Source of the DNA: Oligoflexia bacterium | GTDB lineage: Bacteria > Bdellovibrionota > Bdellovibrionia > JABDDW01 | DNA: 19,978 nucleotides | Assembly: GCA_043732305.1 (NCBI GenBank) | Contig: JAYTHU010000009.1 | Coordinates: 1 to 19,978, forward strand | Reading direction: 5' to 3' | Shown: positions 1 through 7,604 of the stretch, piece after piece | Numbering within the stretch: the stretch's first letter is position 1 | How the letters are laid out: each line of letters starts with the position of its first letter | The notes under the pieces: model-generated | What the model saw: only the letters and a program-made list of their open reading frames with translations | What the model was told of the DNA's origin: nothing | Databases searched by the model: none | Made by a program: the position numbers and the translations under genes

Positions 1-1
1 G

Positions 2-1894
2 TCAATTGTAGCTAAACCTGTTTTAAAAATTTCCAAAAAGCAATCGGCGAAAGATGAAGCTACGGCTGAGATTGAAATGCCTAACATGGCACCTCTTAGC
101 GAAGCGGAAATCAAAGCAGCTCAGGAAAAAATTGCTGGAGAAATCAAACGCTTTTTGAGCGTTGGAAAATCTCGCGGCTTTTTGACCTTCGAAGAAATCA
201 ATGATCTCTTGCCTGCAGAAATTATGTCCGCCGAACTTCTTGATGCTTTGATGCTTGCTCTCGAGGAGAACAACATCAAGCTGGTGGATTCCTCCAAAAA
301 AGAAAAAAATGCAAAGGGCGAAGAGTTTTTAGCCGAGCCCACCGAAGCTTCTACCGATAAGGAAGAAGAAGAGGACGAAGACGATGACGCAGAAGATGAA
401 GCCGGTAAAGGGAACGATCCCGTGCGACTTTATTTACGCAAAATGGGTAGTGTCAGTCTCCTCACACGCGAAGGCGAAGTTGAGATTGCAAAAAAGATTG
501 AAGAAGGCGAATTAGAAATTCTCAAAGTTATTTTGAGTTCACCGCTTGGTACTGATGAAGTGATCAGTATCGGAGATCGACTTGATAAAGGTCGTATCAA
601 AGTTAAAAGTATTTTTCGTGGATTAGAAGACGAAGACACTACTTATGACGAAAAAGAATATATCGAAAAGATCCACACCCTCATTGGGCACGTGAAGAGC
701 TACAAAAAGAAGTCACAAAAGTTTTTTGATCAACTCAACAAGCATGGTCTGACTCCTGACGTGAAAAAACAAATTCACGCCGAGCTGGATAAAAATAAAG
801 CTGAAGTTTTCAAAAACTTTCAAGACGTCAGCTTTAACCGTAAAACTATCGATCGCATTGTTATAAAGTTTAAAAACTTAGTGACCCGTATGAATCAGTT
901 GAATGATCACATGCGCATGGGTGTGAAACGCACGCGAACTGAAAATTTCAATGGTTTGCTTGAGTCTCATAAGAATTTGAAAGCTAATCCTAAAGATCGC
1001 GCTAAGTTTTTGCGTGAAACCAATATCACTTTTGAAGCTCTTGAAATCATGGTTGAGCAGCTCACAACTTATCAAAATCGAATCAATCGGGTTGAAGATG
1101 AAGCTCAGATGCATCATCTGTGGATGAAAGAAACCTATTGGGGTATTGAGGGCGGTCAACGTAAAGCTGACAAAGCTAAAGCTGAATTAGTTGAAGCCAA
1201 TCTTCGCTTGGTTGTCAGTATCGCTAAGAAATACACCAATCGTGGATTGCAGTTTTTAGATTTGATTCAAGAGGGAAACATCGGTCTCATGAAGGCCGTT
1301 GATAAGTTCGAGTATCGTCGAGGTTACAAATTTTCCACCTATGCTACTTGGTGGATTAGACAGGCGATCACCCGCGCGATTGCGGATCAGGCTCGAACCA
1401 TTCGTATTCCTGTCCACATGATCGAAACGATCAATAAGCTCATTCGCACTTCACGGTACCTGGTCCAAGAGATTGGCCGCGAGCCCACACCGGAAGAAAT
1501 TGCAGTGAAGATGGAAATGCCCATCGATAAAGTCCGTAAAGTTTTAAAAATTGCAAAAGAACCTATCAGTCTTGAGACTCCCGTCGGTGAAGAAGAAGAT
1601 TCGCATCTTGGCGATTTCATCGAAGATAAAAAAGTCATCAATCCTGCTGATGCTATTATCAATTTGAATCTTGCGGAGCAGACTCGTCGCGTGCTTGCGA
1701 CCCTGACACCTCGTGAAGAAAAAGTTCTGCGTATGCGTTTCGGAATTGGCGAAGAATCGGATCACACTTTGGAAGAAGTCGGCCAAGATTTTAATGTCAC
1801 ACGCGAACGTATTCGACAGATTGAAGCAAAAGCGCTTCGTAAGCTTCGACATCCTAGCCGCGCTAAAAAATTAAAAGCATTCATAGATAACTAG
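2..1894 (+). CDS. rpoD: RNA polymerase primary sigma factor RpoD (sigma-70), probably 5'-partial
   Basis: Region 1.1 ([14 protein letters not shown]), region 1.2 ([11 protein letters not shown]), region 2 ([42 protein letters not shown]) and region 4 HTH ([27 protein letters not shown]). The frame is open from base 2 to the ATG at 77 ([25 protein letters not shown]) with no strong SD, so the true start may lie upstream of the window. Confidence 0.98.
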   Translation, partial: SIVAKPVLKISKKQSAKDEATAEIEMPNMAPLSEAEIKAAQEKIAGEIKRFLSVGKSRGFLTFEEINDLLPAEIMSAELLDALMLALEENNIKLVDSSKKEKNAKGEEFLAEPTEASTDKEEEEDEDDDAEDEAGKGNDPVRLYLRKMGSVSLLTREGEVEIAKKIEEGELEILKVILSSPLGTDEVISIGDRLDKGRIKVKSIFRGLEDEDTTYDEKEYIEKIHTLIGHVKSYKKKSQKFFDQLNKHGLTPDVKKQIHAELDKNKAEVFKNFQDVSFNRKTIDRIVIKFKNLVTRMNQLNDHMRMGVKRTRTENFNGLLESHKNLKANPKDRAKFLRETNITFEALEIMVEQLTTYQNRINRVEDEAQMHHLWMKETYWGIEGGQRKADKAKAELVEANLRLVVSIAKKYTNRGLQFLDLIQEGNIGLMKAVDKFEYRRGYKFSTYATWWIRQAITRAIADQARTIRIPVHMIETINKLIRTSRYLVQEIGREPTPEEIAVKMEMPIDKVRKVLKIAKEPISLETPVGEEEDSHLGDFIEDKKVINPADAIINLNLAEQTRRVLATLTPREEKVLRMRFGIGEESDHTLEEVGQDFNVTRERIRQIEAKALRKLRHPSRAKKLKAFIDN

Positions 1895-1977
1895 AAGATA
1901 AGCTGGTATCCGTAAAAGGTACCATCAAAGAAGGGTGCCAAATGGATCTTGCTACCCCAGGGTACCAGGTTCCTTTT
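1895..1977. repeat. Inverted pair of short REP-like motifs between rpoD and the tRNA
   Basis: 1895-1910 reverse complement GATACCAGCTTATCTT and 1961-1977 GGTACCAGGTTCCTTTT, with an additional AAAAGGTACC at 1914-1923. The same core recurs at 2681-2698 and 3193-3209. Confidence 0.5.
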
Positions 1978-2003
1978 GGTTCAGTTTTGCGTCATTTTTC
2001 GAC

Positions 2004-2080
2004 GGGCCTATAGCTCAGCTGGTTAGAGCTCCCGGCTCATAACCGGGCAGTCCCAGGTTCGAATCCTGGTGGGCCCACCA
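2004..2080 (+). tRNA. tRNA with CAT anticodon, most likely tRNA-Ile2 (lysidine-modified)
   Basis: 77-nt cloverleaf: acceptor GGGCCTA/TGGGCCC, discriminator A, encoded CCA, D arm TAGCTCAGCTGGTTAGAGC, anticodon arm CCCGG-CTCATAA-CCGGG, T arm CCAGG-TTCGAAT-CCTGG. C4-G69 and C5-G68 (TilS determinants), the paired G1-C72 (not initiator) and the position after rpoD favour Ile2 over Met. Confidence 0.95.
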
Positions 2081-2198
2081 TTTCCATATCCCTTCGAAGG
2101 GCTTTGTTGAACTATCGAAACTCTCGGTCACAGGCTTATGCCTGCTCCTTCGATTTTCGTTCGTCCTTCGCGCCCTTCTCGAGATCTGGTAATGGTGG
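2075..2198. repeat. ERIC/IRU-like imperfect palindromic element (~124 bp) at the tRNA 3' end
   Basis: Outer arms CCACCATTTCCATATC..GAAGGGC (2075-2102) and GCCCTTC..GATCTGGTAATGGTGG (2172-2198) are complementary. The central core is GTCAC-AGGC-TTAT-GCCT-GCTCC (2127-2148). Confidence 0.65.
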
Positions 2199-2230
2199 CA
2201 TCTGTACGTTTCGTGATTATGAAATGGTGC

Positions 2231-2267
2231 TTGGCTACGCCGGTGGGATTCTGCTAAATTTCTTTTT
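2231..2267 (+). promoter_or_regulatory. Putative sigma-70 promoter giving a leaderless rnhA transcript
   Basis: TTGGCT (2231-2236), 18 nt, then TAAATT (2255-2260) preceded by TGn, 7 nt before the ATG at 2268. No Shine-Dalgarno sequence. Confidence 0.45.
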
Positions 2268-2678
2268 ATGAAATCACTTCCAGCAAAAGTTATTGTTTAT
2301 TCCGACGGCGCGAGCCGGGGAAATCCTGGTCCCGCATCATTTGGGTTTGTGGTGACGAATGAAAAAGGCGAATTAGTGGCTGAGGGTGCAGAAAAATTAG
2401 GCAACCAAACCAATAATTTTGCTGAGTACATGGGAATGATTGAAGCTTTGGATCTTTGTTCAAGAAGTGGCGTGAAGAGTGTCACGGTAAGGGCTGATTC
2501 GCAGTTGATGATTCGTCAGATGACCGGGCAGTATAAAGTAAAGTCCGAAGTGATTATTCCTCTCCATACTCGGGCCAAAATAATCGCTCGAACTTTCGAA
2601 ACAATTAAGTTTGAACATATCCCCAGAGAACAAAACTCCGAAGCCGACCGCCTAGCCAACCTCGCCTTAGACCGCTAA
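2268..2678 (+). CDS. rnhA: Ribonuclease HI family protein (short, RNase_HI_like type)
   Basis: Motifs YSDGASRGNPG, TNNFAEY, ADSQLMIRQM and HIPREQNSEADRLAN, with the acidic D-E-D-D catalytic set intact. Confidence 0.95.
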   Translation: MKSLPAKVIVYSDGASRGNPGPASFGFVVTNEKGELVAEGAEKLGNQTNNFAEYMGMIEALDLCSRSGVKSVTVRADSQLMIRQMTGQYKVKSEVIIPLHTRAKIIARTFETIKFEHIPREQNSEADRLANLALDR

Positions 2679-2680
2679 AA

Positions 2681-2698
2681 AGTACCAGCTACCTTTTT
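2681..2698 (+). repeat. REP-like motif copy, possibly also contributing to termination after rnhA
   Basis: AGTACCAGCTACCTTTTT matches the consensus GTACCAGSTWMCTTTT and is preceded by AAAA, giving a weak palindrome. Confidence 0.5.
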
Positions 2699-2719
2699 GT
2701 CTAGACTTGCGTCATAAAT

Positions 2720-3142
2720 TTACTGGCATTTAAAGTGCAATTTCGTTTGGTAATCGTTGTCATTAAGCATGACGTGGCCAACTCCGCCGGCTCCGCCGAT
2801 CACTTTTCCTGTGTCATTGTTGTAATCACCCGCACCCCAGCTTCCAGCTTGGGCCATGCCGCCAATCAACACTGCTGCGGTTGAGGCTTTTTTTAAAGTT
2901 TTTTTGGTGGTCTCATCCATGGTGCCCTTATATTCAGTTTTGTTATCGATGAAAACGGCTTCCTTTTGCTTGTCTTCGCAATATTTTTTGGCCTCTGCGA
3001 TGGCCATGTGCCGACCTTCTTCATCATCAGAAGATTTGAGCTCCACGCTGTTTATCCCGTCAGCTCCCGGAAGTACATCGCGGGTGGTGGTGCAGGCCGA
3101 GTTAGCTAAGAGTATCATTGCTCCAAGTACTATAAATTTCAT
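2720..3142 (-). CDS. Hypothetical lipoprotein
   Basis: SD AAGGAG, then a hydrophobic signal with lipobox-like NSA-C (MKFIVLGAMILLANSAC). Gly/Ala-rich segments (AAVLIGG, VIGGAGGVG) and a Cys pair (KKYC, FKCQ). Confidence 0.85.
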   Translation of the reverse strand: MKFIVLGAMILLANSACTTTRDVLPGADGINSVELKSSDDEEGRHMAIAEAKKYCEDKQKEAVFIDNKTEYKGTMDETTKKTLKKASTAAVLIGGMAQAGSWGAGDYNNDTGKVIGGAGGVGHVMLNDNDYQTKLHFKCQ

Positions 3143-3192
3143 CTGAACTCCTTTGATTAATCAAGTTGCATCAAAATGACGCATATCTGGAC

Positions 3193-3232
3193 AAAAAGTA
3201 ACCTGGTACGTTCTTCCGCGTTCTTCCGTTCT
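3193..3232 (-). repeat. REP-like motif copy with an adjacent short tandem duplication
   Basis: 3193-3209 reverse complement GTACCAGGTTACTTTTT, directly followed by CGTTCTTCCG-CGTTCTTCCG-TTCT. Confidence 0.5.
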
Positions 3233-3294
3233 AGAGCGCGACCCCGGCTAGTACCTTTTAGCGAAGTTTACTCGTGGCGGCAAGATGCTTTTTC

Positions 3295-3303
3295 TGGTAT
3301 AAA
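3295..3303 (+). promoter_or_regulatory. Putative extended -10 promoter of rnpB
   Basis: TG-G-TATAAA about 10 nt upstream of the P1 5' strand. Confidence 0.5.
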
Positions 3304-3313
3304 ACATTTCGAA

Positions 3314-3678
3314 TTGAAAATAATGGATGATCGCGCGTCACTTTTAAGCAATTGAAAGTGTCACGAGGAAAGTCCGGACTCCAATGGGTAGTGCAGTGGT
3401 TAACGACCACCCGTCGCAAGGCGAGGAACAGTGGAACAGAGAGAATGTCCAGGGCTATGACCCCAAAACGGGAACGGGAGTTTTGGGACGAGCTGCTGGA
3501 GTGAAAACAGCCAAACTCTGCATGGAGCAAGATCAAATAGGGAAGCGACAACCAAGCGTCACCCGCGCGAGGCTTCCGGGTAAGATCGCTAGATTCACGA
3601 AAGTAATTTCGTGAACAGAGGAATGATCATCACGGCTGGAAACGGCTTTGACAGAATCCGGCTTATAGTTATTTTCAA
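3314..3678 (+). ncRNA. rnpB: RNase P RNA, bacterial type A
   Basis: Universal motifs GAGGAAAGTCCGG (3365-3377) and ACAGAATCCGGCTTA (3651-3665), P1 TTGAAAATAAT/GTTATTTTCAA, P8 GTGGT-TAACG-ACCAC, P9 CGTC-GCAA-GGCG, GGAGCAAGATCAAATAG, L15 GGGTAAGATC, P18 TTCACGAAAGTAATTTCGTGAA. Confidence 0.97.
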
Positions 3679-3690
3679 AACGAATTGCAT

Positions 3691-3724
3691 GGGCTCTTGT
3701 GAAAACAAGGGCCTTTACTTTTTT
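3691..3724 (+). terminator. Rho-independent terminator of rnpB
   Basis: Stem GGGCTCTTGT, loop GAAA, stem ACAAGGGCCT, followed by TTACTTTTTT. Confidence 0.85.
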
Positions 3725-3758
3725 GCATCTACAAACGATTAACTATTAACAGATTTTA

Positions 3759-4379
3759 TTAATGACTAAAGCTTGTCGGGCTTACAAATTCAATTATTAA
3801 GTCGTAGAGCACTGGTGCTTCAAAGATTTGGCAGCTGAAAATTTCAACTAAAGTATTAGGATCTTTCCAGGAATCGGCGGGGAGTCCTGCCTTTTCGCAA
3901 GTCGCTTCTAAAAATTGCTGGCTTGTCCAACCACTTTCAAAAGCAACGTGCGGCAATAAAACGGCGCGCTTCTCTCCTTGAGAAATCACTAAGCCGTTAG
4001 TTCCAATTTTAACTTGTTCTGATTCTGTCACCTTGTGCATTTCTTCAATGAGAGTGACTTCAATTCCTAAGATTTCAATTTCGTCTTCGGTCACGGGTTC
4101 GAAGCGGTGATCATGAGTGGCGGCGGATTGTCCTGCATCAAATAGTGTTTCTTGAAGGGTCGTACTCGATTCCAACAGTCCGACCGAGCCGCGGGTTTGT
4201 CCGCCAATTTTGAGAGTCACAAAAACGCCGATATTTTTATTCCAGCGTGGATCACTCATCGGAACGAGGGCTTTGATCATAGGCTTTTGAGTGACAACTT
4301 GCCATGCGCCAAGAGCCGCGATCTGTAACACCTGATTTGAAAAAATCGGCGCGGCATCTTTGTGAAACTTCAAAATCAT
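3759..4379 (-). CDS. AMMECR1-domain protein (AmmeMemoRadiSam protein A-like)
   Basis: Motifs GVFVTL, RGSVG (LRGCIG-like), AATHDHRFEPV, IEVTL, GTNGLVI, AVLLPHVA, W..QQFLEATCEKAGL and SW. SD AAGGAG upstream. Confidence 0.9.
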   Translation of the reverse strand: MILKFHKDAAPIFSNQVLQIAALGAWQVVTQKPMIKALVPMSDPRWNKNIGVFVTLKIGGQTRGSVGLLESSTTLQETLFDAGQSAATHDHRFEPVTEDEIEILGIEVTLIEEMHKVTESEQVKIGTNGLVISQGEKRAVLLPHVAFESGWTSQQFLEATCEKAGLPADSWKDPNTLVEIFSCQIFEAPVLYDLIIEFVSPTSFSH

Positions 4380-4488
4380 AATCGTAGCTCCTTATATATT
4401 TTGCTCCCGTGAGCTTAAATTCGAGTGAAAGGGATTTTTATCAAGTTATTTGCATTAAGACAAGGGAGGAGCTAGTTTTAGAGACGAA

Positions 4489-4974
4489 ATGATGAATCAA
4501 AATGCCCTCAAAAACATGATTGTGAAAAAGCTTCTCCAGGCTGAGAAGTGGGCGCCCCGCTTGACTTCCCGGGTTTGGGGACTTTGGCAAAATCCTCTTT
4601 CAAAAGTTTTTGGTTGGGACATCACTCAGCTCACGGAGACTCAAGTGGAACTTCATTTTAGAGCGCCTTCACTGAGTTCGGCGAGCCTCATTGCTGCCGG
4701 CGAATTTGCTATCGCGACTCTCTGGAAACGGCATCTACCTGAAAATGGCGAAAAATTAATTCTCAAGGATTGCCAGTGCGAGATCATGGGCGATAAACAT
4801 TTTGTTGCTCGAACTGAACTTTTGGAGACCGATCGCGAACACGCTTTAAGACAATCTGAGATCGAACACACAGTTTTGATTTTTGATCAAAAAGACATCA
4901 TGACTGCTCGTGTGCGCTACGCCTACATATTCAAAAAAAGAAATGTCAATTTACTGAGTAAGGGAGTTTTTTAA
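4489..4974 (+). CDS. Hypothetical protein, possibly degenerate hot-dog (thioesterase/DUF4442-like) fold
   Basis: 161-aa ORF with a stop abutting the next start. The pattern P.SKVFG..ITQLTETQVEL...ASLIAAGEFA is reminiscent of hot-dog fold N-termini. The fold call is inference. Confidence 0.65.
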   Translation: MMNQNALKNMIVKKLLQAEKWAPRLTSRVWGLWQNPLSKVFGWDITQLTETQVELHFRAPSLSSASLIAAGEFAIATLWKRHLPENGEKLILKDCQCEIMGDKHFVARTELLETDREHALRQSEIEHTVLIFDQKDIMTARVRYAYIFKKRNVNLLSKGVF

Positions 4975-7590
4975 GTGGAATCAATTAAAGAATTTTTAGG
5001 ATGCGGCTGTGCTGCCAATCGATTTTTTTCTCGTTTAGAAAAAGAAAGTGAAAATGATGGCGGCGGATCAAAAACTCCCGGCTATACTTTCCCTTGGGCG
5101 GAAACAAAATATTCTGAAGAACGTCCAGTTATTCCCACTCACGAGTCTTTGGATTTGAGTGTAAATATTGAAAAAGAAGAATTGTCCGGTGTGGCTACGA
5201 TTGATTTTAAGGTCATGGTTAAAGAAGTTGATCTAGTAAAAATAAATGCTGTTGATCTGCATATTCACGACGTCCAGTTTGGCCAGCGTGGAAATTGGCA
5301 AGTGGCTAAATTTTCAGTGTCTAATGAGCATGTGACCGTCAACTTACCCGCAAAGATTTTGCGTGGGGATCAAGGCCAATTGAAAATCGTTTACTCCACT
5401 CAAAAACCTAAAGCTGGAATTTACTTTATCAAACCAGATGCGAAGTATCCAAAACGTCCCACCCAAGTTTGGACGCAAGGGCAAGACGACGACGCGAGAT
5501 ATTGGTTCCCCTGTTTTGATGAACCAAAAATTAAATGCAGCTATGATGTTAAAGTTGAAGTGCCGGCTGGATATATTGCGACTAGTAACGGCGCTTTGCA
5601 CTCTGAAGTCAAAGGTGGGAAAACCACTACATTCCACTGGAAAACTCAGTTTTTAATTCCCTCTTACCTCGTGACCTTGACGGTTGGAAAATTCTCGGAA
5701 ATCAAAGACGAATGGCGCGGAAAGCCCGTGACTTATTTGGTTGAGAAAGGAATGGAGCAAGAAGGAAAAATCAGTTTTGGCAAGACGCCGAAAATGCTGG
5801 AACTTTTTAGTCAAAAAATAGGTGTTGATTATCCGTATGAAAAATACACGCAAATTGCTGCTGCTGAATTTGTTTTTGGAGGAATGGAAAACACTTCTGC
5901 CACCACTCAGACTGACGCTACGCTCCATCCAATCGAAATAGAAGAAGATTTCACCAGTGATGATTTGGTGGCGCATGAACTTGGTCATCAATGGTTTGGT
6001 GATTTAGTGACATGTAAAACTTGGTCTCATGGTTGGCTCAATGAGGGTTGGGCCACTTTCATGGAATACACTTTCAAAGAGAGTGATCTTGGTCTCGCAG
6101 AAACAGAATATTATCGCTATCAAGATTTGAATGTTTATCTCGATGAAGATACAGAATTCAGGCGCCCTATTGTTACAAATTTTTATACGGATCCCGCAGA
6201 AATTTGGGACCGTCACACCTATCAAAAAGCGGGCTTAGTTTTACAAACGTTGAAAAGTCATATTGGCGATGATGACTTTTGGGCGGGCACAAAAAGATAT
6301 CTAGAAACTCATCGTGGTGGAACAGTTGAGACCGTCGATTTTCAAAGAGCTTTAGAGAATTCATCGGGTCAGAATCTCCAGCCTTTTTTCGACCAGTGGA
6401 TTTACAAAACAGGTTTTCCTGAATTCAAATTTACGATGTCCTGGGACGAAAAAACTAAACTTGCAAAAGTGAAATTGGAACAAAAGCAAAAAGTCGACAA
6501 AGAGACTTCGCTATTTCACGTTCGTAGTGAAATTGATTTTGTCTTCGCTGATAAAACTCATTTCAAGCTTCCTGTCGAAACAGAAGAAAAGGAACAAACA
6601 TTTTATATTCCTCTGAAGCAAAAACCTGTTTATGCGGTGTTTGATCGCGGTAATCACCTGCTCAAGAGCTTCGAGATGGCAATACCGGTTGAGATGATGA
6701 AAGTGCTGATTGAATCGGATGAAGATGTGGTTTCGAAAATCTGGGCCATGAAAACTCTCGCAAAAGAAGCCAGTAGTGAAGGTATTGAGATTTTAATTCA
6801 AGCGTTGAAGTCTGATAGTTTTTGGGGAGTTCGCGCGGAAGCTGCGACTGCCTTGGGTTCGACTAAAATGCCTGCGGCCCAATTGGCTTTGATCAATTGT
6901 CTCAAAGAGGAAAAGAAATCAAAAGTTCGGTCAAAGATTTGTTCGGCTCTCGGAAATTTCAAAGATGAAAAATCTGGAACGGCCCTCATTGAACGTTTCG
7001 AAAATGAGAAAAATATATTTGTTCGCGGAGCTGCGGTCGCAGCACTTGGAAAGACAAATCATCCAAAAGCTAAAAATATTTTGGAAAAAGCGCTCAAGAT
7101 TGAAAGCTGGCATGATTTGATTTCCGCTCAGTCTTATGCAGGTTTAAAACATCTCCACGATGATTCCACGACAGAATTGTTTATGGAGGGAGCTAAGTAT
7201 GGAGCCCCAAAATATTCACGTTTAGCCGCGATCAGCGGTCTTAGTGAGCAAGCACTAGATAAGGCGGAAGTGCGGGAATTTTTGGTTGAAGCTTTGAACG
7301 ATCCGTTTATTCGGGCTCGTCACGCGGCGGCCTCGGCACTTGTGGGGCGACGAGATGGTCGTGCCGTGGGTGCTCTTGAAAATGCCGCAGACAGAGTTGT
7401 CGACGGACATTTTAAAGCCACTGCACGCCGGGCTGCTTCGCGCATTCGTAAAAATTTAAAGAAGCCAGAGGAATTTGTGCAAATACGCGAGAAGATGGAC
7501 AAACTTTCTGAAGAAAATAAAAAATTGATCGAGCGAATGGACAAGTTAGACAAAGTTTCCAAAGCGTCTGAGCTAAATTCTCCAGTTTAA
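4975..7590 (+). CDS. M1 family aminopeptidase (PepN-like) with C-terminal HEAT repeats and coiled coil
   Basis: ARYWFPCFDEP, GGMEN exopeptidase motif, HELGHQWFG...WLNEGWA zinc motif and YQKAG, followed by HEAT repeats (WGVRAEAATALG, VRGAAVAALG) and a terminal coiled coil. GTG start with SD AAGGGAG. Confidence 0.95.
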   Translation: MESIKEFLGCGCAANRFFSRLEKESENDGGGSKTPGYTFPWAETKYSEERPVIPTHESLDLSVNIEKEELSGVATIDFKVMVKEVDLVKINAVDLHIHDVQFGQRGNWQVAKFSVSNEHVTVNLPAKILRGDQGQLKIVYSTQKPKAGIYFIKPDAKYPKRPTQVWTQGQDDDARYWFPCFDEPKIKCSYDVKVEVPAGYIATSNGALHSEVKGGKTTTFHWKTQFLIPSYLVTLTVGKFSEIKDEWRGKPVTYLVEKGMEQEGKISFGKTPKMLELFSQKIGVDYPYEKYTQIAAAEFVFGGMENTSATTQTDATLHPIEIEEDFTSDDLVAHELGHQWFGDLVTCKTWSHGWLNEGWATFMEYTFKESDLGLAETEYYRYQDLNVYLDEDTEFRRPIVTNFYTDPAEIWDRHTYQKAGLVLQTLKSHIGDDDFWAGTKRYLETHRGGTVETVDFQRALENSSGQNLQPFFDQWIYKTGFPEFKFTMSWDEKTKLAKVKLEQKQKVDKETSLFHVRSEIDFVFADKTHFKLPVETEEKEQTFYIPLKQKPVYAVFDRGNHLLKSFEMAIPVEMMKVLIESDEDVVSKIWAMKTLAKEASSEGIEILIQALKSDSFWGVRAEAATALGSTKMPAAQLALINCLKEEKKSKVRSKICSALGNFKDEKSGTALIERFENEKNIFVRGAAVAALGKTNHPKAKNILEKALKIESWHDLISAQSYAGLKHLHDDSTTELFMEGAKYGAPKYSRLAAISGLSEQALDKAEVREFLVEALNDPFIRARHAAASALVGRRDGRAVGALENAADRVVDGHFKATARRAASRIRKNLKKPEEFVQIREKMDKLSEENKKLIERMDKLDKVSKASELNSPV

Positions 7591-7604
7591 TTTTTCAGCA
7601 GCGT

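Noticed and set aside
2004..2080. Calling the tRNA an initiator or elongator Met tRNA
   Set aside because: G1-C72 is paired and the anticodon stem lacks the three consecutive G-C pairs of initiators. The acceptor stem and rpoD context fit Ile2, though elongator Met is not fully excluded.
3258..3614. ORFs 3258-3551 (-) and 3384-3614 (+)
   Set aside because: They overlap the RNase P RNA gene and are shadows of it.
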